From positions 1-64,000 of IMG/VR virus record IMGVR_UViG_3300037067_012889: DNA of 64,000 nt. The stretch is one strand, 5' to 3'. Within the stretch, counting starts at the first letter, position 1; the number at the start of each line of letters is the position of its first letter. This stretch comes from a virus (taxonomy: Duplodnaviria; Caudoviricetes). This document shows, one piece after another, positions 9,290-18,838 of this stretch. The notes under the pieces are model-generated. The model searched no databases. It was not told the origin of the DNA and worked only from the letters and a program-made list of their open reading frames with translations. The translations under genes and the position numbers were made by a program.

Positions 9290-9511
9290 ATGATGGCAAT
9301 CAATATTTCCGAAGCAATGGTTCAGATGCGTAAAGCTGGCCCACGCGGTATTAGAGCTATACCAATGGCCGGACAAGATGTCAATTCTGGAACATATAAA
9401 ATAGAAATCTTCCGTGGTGTCGGACAATGGGATAGCATATTAGAGGGGCTTCCTAAAGCCACAGCCGATAGTCTTATCAGCCAAGCTACAAGTCGAGTCA
9501 TAATGGAGTAA
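9290..9511 (+). CDS. hypothetical protein
   Basis: ORF with AGGT SD. Confidence 0.65.
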   Translation: MMAINISEAMVQMRKAGPRGIRAIPMAGQDVNSGTYKIEIFRGVGQWDSILEGLPKATADSLISQATSRVIME

Positions 9512-9524
9512 ATCGGTCCAAGCT

Positions 9525-9881
9525 ATGACTAGTTTACTTGATACGAGATTAGTCTGGCTGCGCGAAAAGCTAGCTAAGAATACAAATATCCCAAATTGCA
9601 GTGCTGAACTAATAGGTGTCTATGATCCGATTTCAAGAATCATCACAATATCACTCGTTTTAACTATTGACGGCACCGAATATAGAGTTATTAGGTGCCA
9701 TAAGCCTGTTGTATTACGGCAGACAAGTGACGAGATAACAGAGCTACGCATTCTACATCGCAACATGATTGCCCATATGGTGCAAACATATGGCGACATA
9801 GAATGGTCTGTAATCGTAAGAAAATTCTTGAAGTGGTCGACAAACCCAACGCATAAAGCCGTTATGCAGCAATGGGTTTAA
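9525..9881 (+). CDS. hypothetical protein
   Basis: Co-oriented ORF filling the operon. Confidence 0.55.
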   Translation: MTSLLDTRLVWLREKLAKNTNIPNCSAELIGVYDPISRIITISLVLTIDGTEYRVIRCHKPVVLRQTSDEITELRILHRNMIAHMVQTYGDIEWSVIVRKFLKWSTNPTHKAVMQQWV

Positions 9882-9936
9882 TTGTATTCCTGTGAAACGT
9901 CCGTCGCCAGAGTACCTTATATGGGATCCAAGGTGA

Positions 9937-10584
9937 TTACAGGATAATTCCAAAGAACTTTTCGTCGCCTCTGTTATATCTGCAATGATAGACCTCACCG
10001 TACTTCGATGCTATCTCTACGGCCGTATGTCTTCTGAGCGTTTTTATTCCCAGCGACACTCTACACACCACAATTCCCAGTGGCTCAACCTTGTCGTTTG
10101 CTAGGTTTATGCTTACATTCGATTTCAGCTTGATGCTCACTTCGAAGAAGCCATCCTTCTCGCATTTCTTATACCAGACTAGGCTATATCCATCTTCATA
10201 ACCTTCTTTTTCAAACTCACTTGCTCGTCCTTTTCGTGCAACAAGTTTCGAGCCACACTTACCGCACCACACCTGCTGGTGTGTACTATATGCCATGCAA
10301 CGGTTACAAATGACATAGGTATATATTTCTTCATTTCTCGAACTTGGACGGTAAAATGCTACTTTAACCAGTTGCTTTTTATTTTCTTCGGATAGCCCCC
10401 TAACCTCGTCCACCCTGTAGGCCGCACCAACATGTCCGTATTTAGAGACACATTTCGTCGCCTCCTCTTCGGATGTCGCAGTCACAGATAACTCTACCCT
10501 ACATAGACCCCTCAAATTAAGGGCTTCTATGTTGGCGTCGTCAAGGCGTACAACAATATCATATTCAATATATTCGGGCATCAT
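9937..10584 (-). CDS. hypothetical protein with duplicated domain flanking a zinc finger
   Basis: GLCRVELSV..VSKYGHV and GIVVCRVSLGI..ASKYGEV repeats around CNRC/CGKC; GGAG SD. Confidence 0.65.
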   Translation of the reverse strand: MMPEYIEYDIVVRLDDANIEALNLRGLCRVELSVTATSEEEATKCVSKYGHVGAAYRVDEVRGLSEENKKQLVKVAFYRPSSRNEEIYTYVICNRCMAYSTHQQVWCGKCGSKLVARKGRASEFEKEGYEDGYSLVWYKKCEKDGFFEVSIKLKSNVSINLANDKVEPLGIVVCRVSLGIKTLRRHTAVEIASKYGEVYHCRYNRGDEKFFGIIL

Positions 10585-10661
10585 TGCTCCGTAGTATCGC
10601 TGTAGTTATAGCATGACGAGCGACTACAGTTAATTAAGATACGGAGCAGCTCTGAAGTACA

Positions 10662-10925
10662 TTACCACTTCTGAGCATTCTTAGCAAAGACTGCTTGCTT
10701 CTTTGTTGCCTTCGAAGCCTTGCTACCGGGCTTTAAAACCTGATTAGCATAGCCAGCAACGCTTTTCCCAGCTTTATCAGCTTTGGCTGTGAATTTTCCT
10801 CTATTGGCTGGCTTGATTGTACCAGTCTTCTTTTCTGATACCACTGGTACTTGGTTGATGGTTATCTTCGGCTGTGCAGCCGCTCCGATAAAGCCGGATC
10901 CGAGTAAAACTGTCGGTGTGTTCAT
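10662..10925 (-). CDS. small basic phage protein
   Basis: IKPANRGKFT...KKQAVFAKNAQKW; AAGG SD. Confidence 0.65.
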   Translation of the reverse strand: MNTPTVLLGSGFIGAAAQPKITINQVPVVSEKKTGTIKPANRGKFTAKADKAGKSVAGYANQVLKPGSKASKATKKQAVFAKNAQKW

Positions 10926-10926
10926 G

Positions 10927-11880
10927 TTATACCTTCTCACCAGGTTTCAATACAGGTTTTGGAGCATACTTTTGTTTGAATTCTTCAAAATCTTCTGGAT
11001 ATGGACGTCTCGGAAGATTCTCTATCTTAAGCCTTATACCCAGCTTCTTTGCATAATCACGCACTTTGCGTGCCCAATATTTTTCATCTTTATTGCTCTT
11101 GGAAGATTCGGCCATGCATTTATTTATAAACATAGCCAATTCATAGACGCGTTTGAATTGTAGTGGTTTTTTCTCTTTGACCGTTTTTGTTGCCTGATTT
11201 TTATTAGAAGATCTTAGTTTACGATCAACATTTATCACATCTATATTATGTGATAACATAGATATGGCCGTTGTGGCAATTCTTGCATTGTTACTAGCAC
11301 GTATCAATTGCACGCCCTTATGGACGCGTTTTTTCGGATCTAGCATATCTAATGCAGTCGATATATGCTGACCTATACCCTCCATAGCATATTCACGTCT
11401 AGTTTTTCTCCTTTTTCTCGGTCTTGGAGACGCCCCGCTAAATAGTTGCGCAAATAATTTGTCAGTATCTGCTTCGTTGTTGCCAGTACGTTTGGCATAT
11501 AATTCGGCCATCCTGGCTTCTGTATCTTCAAGATCTCTATTAATCATAGGGCCGATTTTTGCCCTGGCTTTTACAATTAGTTCTGCGCGTTCTCTTGGTG
11601 TTGCTTTTCCTCCGTGCTTCTTATTTATCGCATCTGCCGCAGACTTCCACCATTTCTCTGCTTCCGGAGAATCGTCTAATAATGATACGTCTAACTCCTT
11701 AGCTGCATTGACATAATTCAACATTCCGAGCTGTTCAACGACCTTGTCATGGCCAGCTACCCATGTTTGAAATTTTGTTATCCCAGTGGCAACTAAATCA
11801 GAAAGAATCCCTTCGATAATTAGGTATTCTCTATTCAGTTCCAGTGCTTCGTCAAGACGATTTATATTTTCCAGTTTCAT
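10927..11880 (-). CDS. hypothetical protein, possibly virion-associated
   Basis: 317-aa ORF with Glu-rich MKLxx leader. Confidence 0.7.
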   Translation of the reverse strand: MKLENINRLDEALELNREYLIIEGILSDLVATGITKFQTWVAGHDKVVEQLGMLNYVNAAKELDVSLLDDSPEAEKWWKSAADAINKKHGGKATPRERAELIVKARAKIGPMINRDLEDTEARMAELYAKRTGNNEADTDKLFAQLFSGASPRPRKRRKTRREYAMEGIGQHISTALDMLDPKKRVHKGVQLIRASNNARIATTAISMLSHNIDVINVDRKLRSSNKNQATKTVKEKKPLQFKRVYELAMFINKCMAESSKSNKDEKYWARKVRDYAKKLGIRLKIENLPRRPYPEDFEEFKQKYAPKPVLKPGEKV

Positions 11881-11985
11881 TGATCATCTACACTACTAAA
11901 GAGTAATGCTATATAATACGGGAAAAATATTATTGTGGCAAAACAGTCCATGTGATAAAATTTGGCAGCGACGTATTTAATAATT

Positions 11986-12387
11986 ATGACAAAAACCCCG
12001 CGTCTATTAAAGGTTCCATTCTACGTCATCGCATACAGTGCTAATAGATTATTCTCTGTAAGTGATGATAAGAATATATTTATCTTGCCAGTTTTTTCGG
12101 ATGCTGAGATAGCTGAGAAATATCGACAATACTTCGCAAGAACATTCAAACTAAAATTGCAACTTTGTGTTGTGGAGAAAGCGGAAAAAGGTCTCAGCTT
12201 AATTCAATGTGCGTCAATATCGTGTCCGTCGCTTAGATATGTTGCGATAAATCCATTACCACCGAGGATGGGTACAGCACAGACGGAACTGAAGACAATC
12301 CAGACATTAATTAGGTCTCTTCAAAATCAATATCAAAAGGTGCGTAATCATCAGACTCCTCGTAAGAAGGAGGATTCTGAGGTATAG
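11986..12387 (+). CDS. hypothetical protein
   Basis: ATG 5 nt after GTATTTAA (11973-11980). Confidence 0.6.
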   Translation: MTKTPRLLKVPFYVIAYSANRLFSVSDDKNIFILPVFSDAEIAEKYRQYFARTFKLKLQLCVVEKAEKGLSLIQCASISCPSLRYVAINPLPPRMGTAQTELKTIQTLIRSLQNQYQKVRNHQTPRKKEDSEV

Positions 12388-12458
12388 GAGATGGTTGAGG
12401 ACTGTAAGACTCATGAATAGGTATCACCTCTTCATCATCTATATTAGGATTATTATTC

Positions 12459-12701
12459 ATGTCAAATGCTCCCTACCCGCCATACGCTCCGGTTCTGAAA
12501 AAAGTTCCTATAGTTGGCGGTTTTGATCGCACATGTGTCGTCATAGAATTATGTACAAATGGGCCATTATCACCGGCACGAATAGCACAAATCGAAGACC
12601 AGATCGAACTCGTATTAGATAAGTTCAACGACATTTACAAATCAGATGTCATTGGACCACACAGATTTACGACTCAACTAAAAACGGCTTTACAATTATA
12701 G
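12459..12701 (+). CDS. hypothetical protein
   Basis: ORF with AGGA SD. Confidence 0.55.
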   Translation: MSNAPYPPYAPVLKKVPIVGGFDRTCVVIELCTNGPLSPARIAQIEDQIELVLDKFNDIYKSDVIGPHRFTTQLKTALQL

Positions 12702-12742
12702 TTATAATATTTTATAGTATTTAATCTACGAGAAGGAATAGC

Positions 12743-13420
12743 ATGCAGATACGATTACTGACGTCTGACGGAGGAGTTTCGGCCGATCTTTATGAAGTAG
12801 TTGGTCCTGCCGATAGGAAAAATTGCATTTATGTATCAGATAGCAATGGCAAACAACTACGTATTCACAAAGAACGGATACTACCAGCCGACGCACTTGG
12901 GAAAATAGTTGCAGTCAGAAATGGCGACAAACTAAAAACTATGTGCCCAACTTGTTCGAGAGTGTTGGTCGTTGAAAAAGACTTCGCAGAATGCCCAGTA
13001 CACGGCAAGCTAGCCATAACAAGCAACGAACTAAATAACCTGGACGGTAAGTCCACAGAACAACAGGAAGAAAGACAAATGCCAAAAACAGACACGGCCA
13101 CTATGGTTGATTTTGCGGTTGTCGCACAATACGGCGTTGAAGTATGGACCAAGCAGCAGCTGAAATTCAGCGATCCCCATACAGACGTCCAATCACATGT
13201 TTTGCTTGGAGACAACCCTCCTCGCAAATTGTGCTTCAACACTTATAACGGAGCATTAGGAAAGAAGAAAGCTGGTGCCGAAGAAGCTTTCTTCGCACAA
13301 CTGCAGTCTTTTAAAGATGGTACAGCGTCCACTCCATCAGGCACGTCTGTGTATCCATTAAAGGGCACTTTAGACGACGCACGCAAGAAGCTTGAAAAGG
13401 CTGGATACGTCAAAAAGTAA
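12743..13420 (+). CDS. zinc-ribbon-containing hypothetical protein
   Basis: CPTC...CPVH; AAGGA SD; GTATTTAA at 12717-12724. Confidence 0.7.
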   Translation: MQIRLLTSDGGVSADLYEVVGPADRKNCIYVSDSNGKQLRIHKERILPADALGKIVAVRNGDKLKTMCPTCSRVLVVEKDFAECPVHGKLAITSNELNNLDGKSTEQQEERQMPKTDTATMVDFAVVAQYGVEVWTKQQLKFSDPHTDVQSHVLLGDNPPRKLCFNTYNGALGKKKAGAEEAFFAQLQSFKDGTASTPSGTSVYPLKGTLDDARKKLEKAGYVKK

Positions 13421-13472
13421 TACGTTGTGCTCGCAAGATCTAGCTATAAATCTACTACAGGAGGATATAGAG

Positions 13473-13700
13473 ATGCTAGTATTATCTCGCAAAAGAGACG
13501 AAGTTATCATGATTGGCGACGATATTAGTATAATCGTCGTCGATATACAGGGCGATAAGGTGCGGTTAGGAGTTGAAGCACCACATGAAATCCCAGTGCA
13601 TCGCCAAGAAGTTTATGATGCAATCCATCGCGAAGATGAAGAAATAAAGAAATCTAAAAAAGCGGCAGATGCGTTAGATGCATCAGATGAAGCAGAGTAA
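13473..13700 (+). CDS. csrA: carbon storage regulator CsrA
   Basis: MLVLSRKRDEVIMIGDDI...VRLGVEAPHEIPVHRQEVY; AGGAGG SD. Confidence 0.95.
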   Translation: MLVLSRKRDEVIMIGDDISIIVVDIQGDKVRLGVEAPHEIPVHRQEVYDAIHREDEEIKKSKKAADALDASDEAE

Positions 13701-14068
13701 TGGATGACAACGTCATCAAACGCCGCATCACGGCACGTGAAAAAGCACGTGCCGTGATTTCTCTATTGGTAGAAGAAGCTTCAAGTATCACACTAGATAC
13801 TATCGCTCTTGAAGCTTTTTGGGACGAGGTGAGGAAATCGCTACCACCTGTCCAAAATACATATTGTTCATCTGATCAGCCAATGACAGATGAGCAAGCT
13901 CGTATATTTGGATCATCTTTAATGCCATTCGGCGAATTCAAAGGAAAGGCAGTCAATACTATACCTTTTGATAGACTCGAATGGTATAGCGATTCTAAAT
14001 TTCAAAAACAATTAATTCGCTATTTAAACAACCCGGCAATTAAAGCGGAGAGAGACGAATGGGAATGA
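13700..14068 (+). CDS. DUF3820-like (MPFGKYKG motif) protein
   Basis: MPFGEFKGKAVNTIP..LEW. Confidence 0.65.
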   Translation: MDDNVIKRRITAREKARAVISLLVEEASSITLDTIALEAFWDEVRKSLPPVQNTYCSSDQPMTDEQARIFGSSLMPFGEFKGKAVNTIPFDRLEWYSDSKFQKQLIRYLNNPAIKAERDEWE

Positions 14069-14259
14069 TCATACCAAGTCCGCCCGTGCGTGGTCCGGGT
14101 CAAACTGATGAAGAATGGCACGAATTTTTAAGAAAATATCGTACTGAGGTAGTCGATCCAATCGGCATACATATCAAAACACAAGCGTCTTTCGGTCTTA
14201 TGGGCCTCATTAGTACCGCAATCATAACGATAATTATGTTGTACTTACTTGGCAGATAA
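14059..14259 (+). CDS. small membrane protein
   Basis: C-terminal hydrophobic helix. Confidence 0.5.
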   Translation: MGMIIPSPPVRGPGQTDEEWHEFLRKYRTEVVDPIGIHIKTQASFGLMGLISTAIITIIMLYLLGR

Positions 14260-14261
14260 AC

Positions 14262-14897
14262 ATGATCCATGTCCTGGGCGATAGTCACGTTTGTTTTTTT
14301 AATGGATGCAATGGCATTACTGATCCATATCCATATGTCCATAGTAATCCTCCGTTCATGACGTATCGATTAGGCGCTCCAATAGCCTATAATCTTGGCA
14401 AGTTTGGTACAATGTATCGGGCCAAAGAAAAGTTGGCAGAGATTTTGCCAAAGATTCCCGCTACAGATAGATTGCTTTTCAGCTTCGGAGAAATCGACTG
14501 TAGGTATCATATCAAAAACCAATCAATAAAAAAGGGTATAGATGTAGAGATCGTTGTAGCAGACTGTATCAGTCGATATATCAATGCTATACAACAATTA
14601 AATGTCCTTGGACATCGAGTTGGCGTGTGGGGGCCAATTGCATCGACACATTTAGAGGAAAAAGATGCGTCTTCGGATTGTTGGATAAAAGGTGATCACC
14701 TAGAAAGAAACAGAATAACAAAGCTATTTAATTCACATTTAAAGATAAAATGTTTAGAAGCTGGCATAATGTTTTTTAGCATTTTGTCTGATTTGATTCT
14801 TGCAGACGGGACCACAGATAGTCAATATTACGCAGATCCCATGCATTTATCACAAACAGCAATGTCGTTAGCAAAATCAGCATTGGAGATAGAATGA
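14262..14897 (+). CDS. SGNH/GDSL hydrolase-family protein
   Basis: LGDSH, FGEID.R.H and D.MH motifs. Confidence 0.85.
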   Translation: MIHVLGDSHVCFFNGCNGITDPYPYVHSNPPFMTYRLGAPIAYNLGKFGTMYRAKEKLAEILPKIPATDRLLFSFGEIDCRYHIKNQSIKKGIDVEIVVADCISRYINAIQQLNVLGHRVGVWGPIASTHLEEKDASSDCWIKGDHLERNRITKLFNSHLKIKCLEAGIMFFSILSDLILADGTTDSQYYADPMHLSQTAMSLAKSALEIE

Positions 14898-15457
14898 TAC
14901 ACCACGCAGGTTTATTCCAGAAATACAGAAATGACAGAAACGTCTTTGTCGAGACGGGTACATATTACGGGCTTGGTGTACAACTAGCTATAAATGCTGG
15001 TTATCGACATGTATCCAGCGTCGAATTATCGCCAGCACTATTTAAAAATGCTGTCGATATGTATAAAAATGAACCACGAGTTCGTATCTATCATGGAACA
15101 TCTGAGTCTCAATTATGGGATATGATTAAAGATGTTAATGAAGAAATAGTGTTCTGGCTAGATGCACATCGTGCCGATGGCATCATGGGACCAGAAGCCA
15201 GCCCGATACTTAAAGAGTTAGCGATAATTAAACGCCATCCAATAAAAACACATGTCATCGTGATCGATGATGTCAGAGACATGGGGACAGAACATTTTGG
15301 GATGGTGACGCAACAACAAGTTATTGAATCGGCGATGTCAATTAACCCTGAATACTCTATAGTATATGAAGACGGATCCATTAATGAACATCAAATCTTC
15401 AAAAATGACATTCTAGTCTTTTACAAGACACGCCAATTTTCCCAAACAAACTCATAG
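14894..15457 (+). CDS. class I SAM-dependent methyltransferase-like protein
   Basis: FVETGTYYG, SVELS, FWLDAH, VIDD. Confidence 0.8.
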   Translation: MIHHAGLFQKYRNDRNVFVETGTYYGLGVQLAINAGYRHVSSVELSPALFKNAVDMYKNEPRVRIYHGTSESQLWDMIKDVNEEIVFWLDAHRADGIMGPEASPILKELAIIKRHPIKTHVIVIDDVRDMGTEHFGMVTQQQVIESAMSINPEYSIVYEDGSINEHQIFKNDILVFYKTRQFSQTNS

Positions 15458-16053
15458 TCATATGTCAGATGATGAGTTTCTGACAAACGCGATTTAATAT
15501 TATCTCTTCTTCTCACAGCGTCATCAACAAATTGATGAAATTGTACTTGAATATCATCAACATGATTTGTTAATCCTGCATCTATCATGTGATCTAACAA
15601 ATCATATTCTGCACCTTCAATATTTATTTTCATCAGTCTTACGCGGCCGGACGCTGTTCTCAACTGGTCGTATACAGAATCTTGGTCACATATGGCGCGG
15701 AAGATATTTTCTACAGACACTATTTCAACTTTATCTTGACGTCCTGAATGTACAAATAAACTTGAGCTGTCTTGATTGACAGAAATGTCACAATATGTAT
15801 GCTTTGGGCCTATACCACTGTTATATATAATAGCATTCGTGTCGGCCAATGCCAACTGTGTTATATTGAAGTATTCTCTTATCGGTTCAAATGCCAATAT
15901 TCTACACTTATAGCGATCATAAATCCGTCGACTCCAACTGCCATGATATGCACCACAGTCTATAACAAGATCTTCTGGTTTTATGTCATAATCTAGTCTT
16001 AATGTCTCATCACCACGATCTGCGGACCAACGATCAAAATCTGGCATTTTCAA
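15421..16053 (-). CDS. FkbM-family methyltransferase
   Basis: IDCGAYHG, AFEP, KINIEGAEY, QVQFH. Confidence 0.9.
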   Translation of the reverse strand: MKMPDFDRWSADRGDETLRLDYDIKPEDLVIDCGAYHGSWSRRIYDRYKCRILAFEPIREYFNITQLALADTNAIIYNSGIGPKHTYCDISVNQDSSSLFVHSGRQDKVEIVSVENIFRAICDQDSVYDQLRTASGRVRLMKINIEGAEYDLLDHMIDAGLTNHVDDIQVQFHQFVDDAVRRRDNIKSRLSETHHLTYDYEFVWENWRVL

Positions 16054-16784
16054 TCTTTCAAATGTAAATCTGTAATTCGGCTACCACAATTACGACTATC
16101 GACCATTCTAGGCCAATTGCCTTCAACAAAATCGATATCTTGCATGCCGACTCGATCTTCGACCATGGGGCTAAATACTCTACCACTGCCCAAAACAGCG
16201 GCCCACCAACTAAAAGAAGAATTGGCACGCAGCAATATCTGTGCATTCATCAACAATGCAAAATCTTCCATAAAAGAAAGGCCAAATGACAACAAATCTT
16301 GCGATATTGTGCGTCTTCCTTCTTGGACCCAATTAACATTATTAACATCTAAGTTGTAATTTTTACATGCCGCAATGTAAGACGCCTCGCTAACTAAACA
16401 AAATATGTTACCGAGACCGACATAGTCGCCACGGCGCACATGGGCTGCAATAGGCAAATGGGTCGTAAATCTGTGCTTCCACTCGCTTCGTAATTGAAAC
16501 CATGTCCTTAATTTAGATCTAGACATAAAATTTATCGCTTCTTGAAATTGGAAATAACCATTAAGTATTATGTTCGTTCTGCCATTTGGGATTTCATCAA
16601 AGCCAGAATATGGTAAGTCGAGACTAAGTGATTTATTGGATAAAACAAATATTTTTTGTCCTATCCAGTCAGGGGTTAGCAGAGTTGCTCCATATGTTTC
16701 GGCATAAGCACGCGCAAATGCATATTGAAAAAGTTGGTTTCCGAATCCACCAATAAATTTTATACCGACGACGGAGTTTGTCAT
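16050..16784 (-). CDS. alpha-1,2-fucosyltransferase-like (GT11)
   Basis: GGFGNQLFQY, GYFQ, HVRRGDY, ANSSFSWWAA. Confidence 0.9.
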   Translation of the reverse strand: MTNSVVGIKFIGGFGNQLFQYAFARAYAETYGATLLTPDWIGQKIFVLSNKSLSLDLPYSGFDEIPNGRTNIILNGYFQFQEAINFMSRSKLRTWFQLRSEWKHRFTTHLPIAAHVRRGDYVGLGNIFCLVSEASYIAACKNYNLDVNNVNWVQEGRRTISQDLLSFGLSFMEDFALLMNAQILLRANSSFSWWAAVLGSGRVFSPMVEDRVGMQDIDFVEGNWPRMVDSRNCGSRITDLHLKD

Positions 16785-17610
16785 GCTTCAAATAGGGTTA
16801 TGTGATATTAATTTTGCGCACGTCTTTTCATCGAGTGGATGGAACTTGCCAAAACATTTTGAATGGTGTAGGACGACTCAACATAAGATTTGTTTTTTTA
16901 CCGATTATTGTCTACACGCGGCCACATCATCAAAATCGAAGCGAAAAATTGCATGGCTACTTGAGCCGCCAGCAGTTTACTCAGAGAGTTATGATTATGT
17001 CCGAAAACACATTGGCATTTTTGACTATGTCCTGACATACGATCGAACATTGATAGATAACAGCAAGGTATTGTATTATCCGTGCGGTGGCTGTTGGATA
17101 CCCGACATAGGAGATCAAAGAAGTCTACCATGTGCTGTAAACATCCACGAAAAGCGGCTTTTAGCTTCGATCATAGTATCAGATAAAAATCAAACTGACG
17201 GTCATCAATTACGGCACGCTATTGCTAAACGATATCAACAGTTATCTGCATTCGGTCCGAGCTATAAACATTTAGAATATAAAGAGAATGCTTTAATAGA
17301 TTTTATGTTTTCAATTGTTGTCGAGAATTCACGTTTCGATGACTACTTTACTGAAAAATTGATTGATTGTTTTGCAGTCGGTACTATCCCGATTTACTGG
17401 GGCACTAAAAATGTTGGCCAACACTTTAATACAAACGGCATGTTGACATTCAATGATCTGGACGATCTTGACAAAATAATGTCGCAGCTTACACCAGATC
17501 TATACTACAGTCGCCTACAACATATACAAGATAATTTTCAAAGGCATCGTCAATATCGCGTAGCAGAGGACTGGATATTCGAAAATTATCCTTATTTATT
17601 TAGTACGTGA
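16783..17610 (+). CDS. alpha-1,3-fucosyltransferase-like (GT10)
   Basis: FSIVVENS..DDYFTEKLIDCF..GTIPIYWG. Confidence 0.9.
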   Translation: MLQIGLCDINFAHVFSSSGWNLPKHFEWCRTTQHKICFFTDYCLHAATSSKSKRKIAWLLEPPAVYSESYDYVRKHIGIFDYVLTYDRTLIDNSKVLYYPCGGCWIPDIGDQRSLPCAVNIHEKRLLASIIVSDKNQTDGHQLRHAIAKRYQQLSAFGPSYKHLEYKENALIDFMFSIVVENSRFDDYFTEKLIDCFAVGTIPIYWGTKNVGQHFNTNGMLTFNDLDDLDKIMSQLTPDLYYSRLQHIQDNFQRHRQYRVAEDWIFENYPYLFST

Positions 17611-18212
17611 TCTACATTTTGTCTAAAATGAAAATCGGTCTTACATCCCAATATATCTGAAAAACCAGGAGATTGATAAAATAGCATCGGATATAATCCA
17701 TACGCTTTGATATGACTGAATTGTCTTGAATAAACGACGTCAATAGGTAAATTATTACCAATATGTACCTTTACACACTCTATCAGAGGTCGTAAATACT
17801 TGCCATTAACAGCATATGCGTGTGTCGTCAATGCATCGTTCAATAACAATACATGCGGCGCAACACGTGGTGGAGGTAAATTGGCCTCCGGATTTAAATT
17901 AAATCCTAGATATATCATATCCCAATCAGTAGGTATTTGTTTACTAGCAGCCAACCAATTTGGCATCCAATCAGCATAAAGTTCTGCATCATCTTCAAGA
18001 ACAAGAATATTATTAGCATTCTCGTCTAGTGCTTTTTGTAATATGGCGAGATGTGATTCGTAGCACCCAATCCACCCAGGATTCTTGTCGATAGCTGAAA
18101 ACCTCTTAGCTTTTGTAATATCGGCACGTTCTAGTTGCTTTTGTATGGCTATCCATCTATCTGGGCGTTTATCCAAATTTAGTATGTAAATATGGTCGAA
18201 AAATTTTTGCAT
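17592..18212 (-). CDS. glycosyltransferase family 25
   Basis: YILNLDKRPDR, GCYESH, LEDD, THAYAV; start moved to MQKFF. Confidence 0.9.
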   Translation of the reverse strand: MQKFFDHIYILNLDKRPDRWIAIQKQLERADITKAKRFSAIDKNPGWIGCYESHLAILQKALDENANNILVLEDDAELYADWMPNWLAASKQIPTDWDMIYLGFNLNPEANLPPPRVAPHVLLLNDALTTHAYAVNGKYLRPLIECVKVHIGNNLPIDVVYSRQFSHIKAYGLYPMLFYQSPGFSDILGCKTDFHFRQNVDHVLNK

Positions 18213-18235
18213 AGTATTAAGAGATTTCTTGTACC

Positions 18236-18838
18236 ATGATTGACAAACTCTCTGCCAAGACAAAATTTCCATTGATAATTACCGCCTATACCATATCAAG
18301 TCATCTCGGTGATTATTATAAACGATGCGTAATAAGGTTGATACGTAGTTGCATTAAATTCAACTTGTCACACCTTGTTCTTCCATTAGAACCTCAGGAC
18401 AGCTGGGATGCCGGGTGTGCCACAAAAATAGTCGTAATCCAGCAGATGCTAAAACAATTACAAAGACCATTATTGTGGTTAGATGCAGATGCCGAAATTT
18501 TCGTATACCCGAGTATGTTTGAAGATATCGGCTGTGAGATGGCATTATCATCAATCTGTGGTCATTGGCTGACTGGTACATTATATTTCACACCAAGTGC
18601 ACTGCCATTCATAGAAACATGGAAACAATGGACGGGACCAGTTGTTGATGAAGTCGCATTGATGAAATTATATAAGTCCTCGCCACATAGTCGACCGAGT
18701 ATGATAATGTTGCCAGAATCGTATAATACTGCGATATACGCATCATATGACACAAGTAAAGTCGTAATAGGGCACCACATGCGACCAGATGTAGCACCAA
18801 GTCGTGGAGTAGTGGCGAACCCGATCCCAGAATTATGA
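18236..18838 (+). CDS. nucleotide-diphospho-sugar transferase
   Basis: LLWLDADA (DxD), GTLYF, DE, LPESYN. Confidence 0.8.
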   Translation: MIDKLSAKTKFPLIITAYTISSHLGDYYKRCVIRLIRSCIKFNLSHLVLPLEPQDSWDAGCATKIVVIQQMLKQLQRPLLWLDADAEIFVYPSMFEDIGCEMALSSICGHWLTGTLYFTPSALPFIETWKQWTGPVVDEVALMKLYKSSPHSRPSMIMLPESYNTAIYASYDTSKVVIGHHMRPDVAPSRGVVANPIPEL

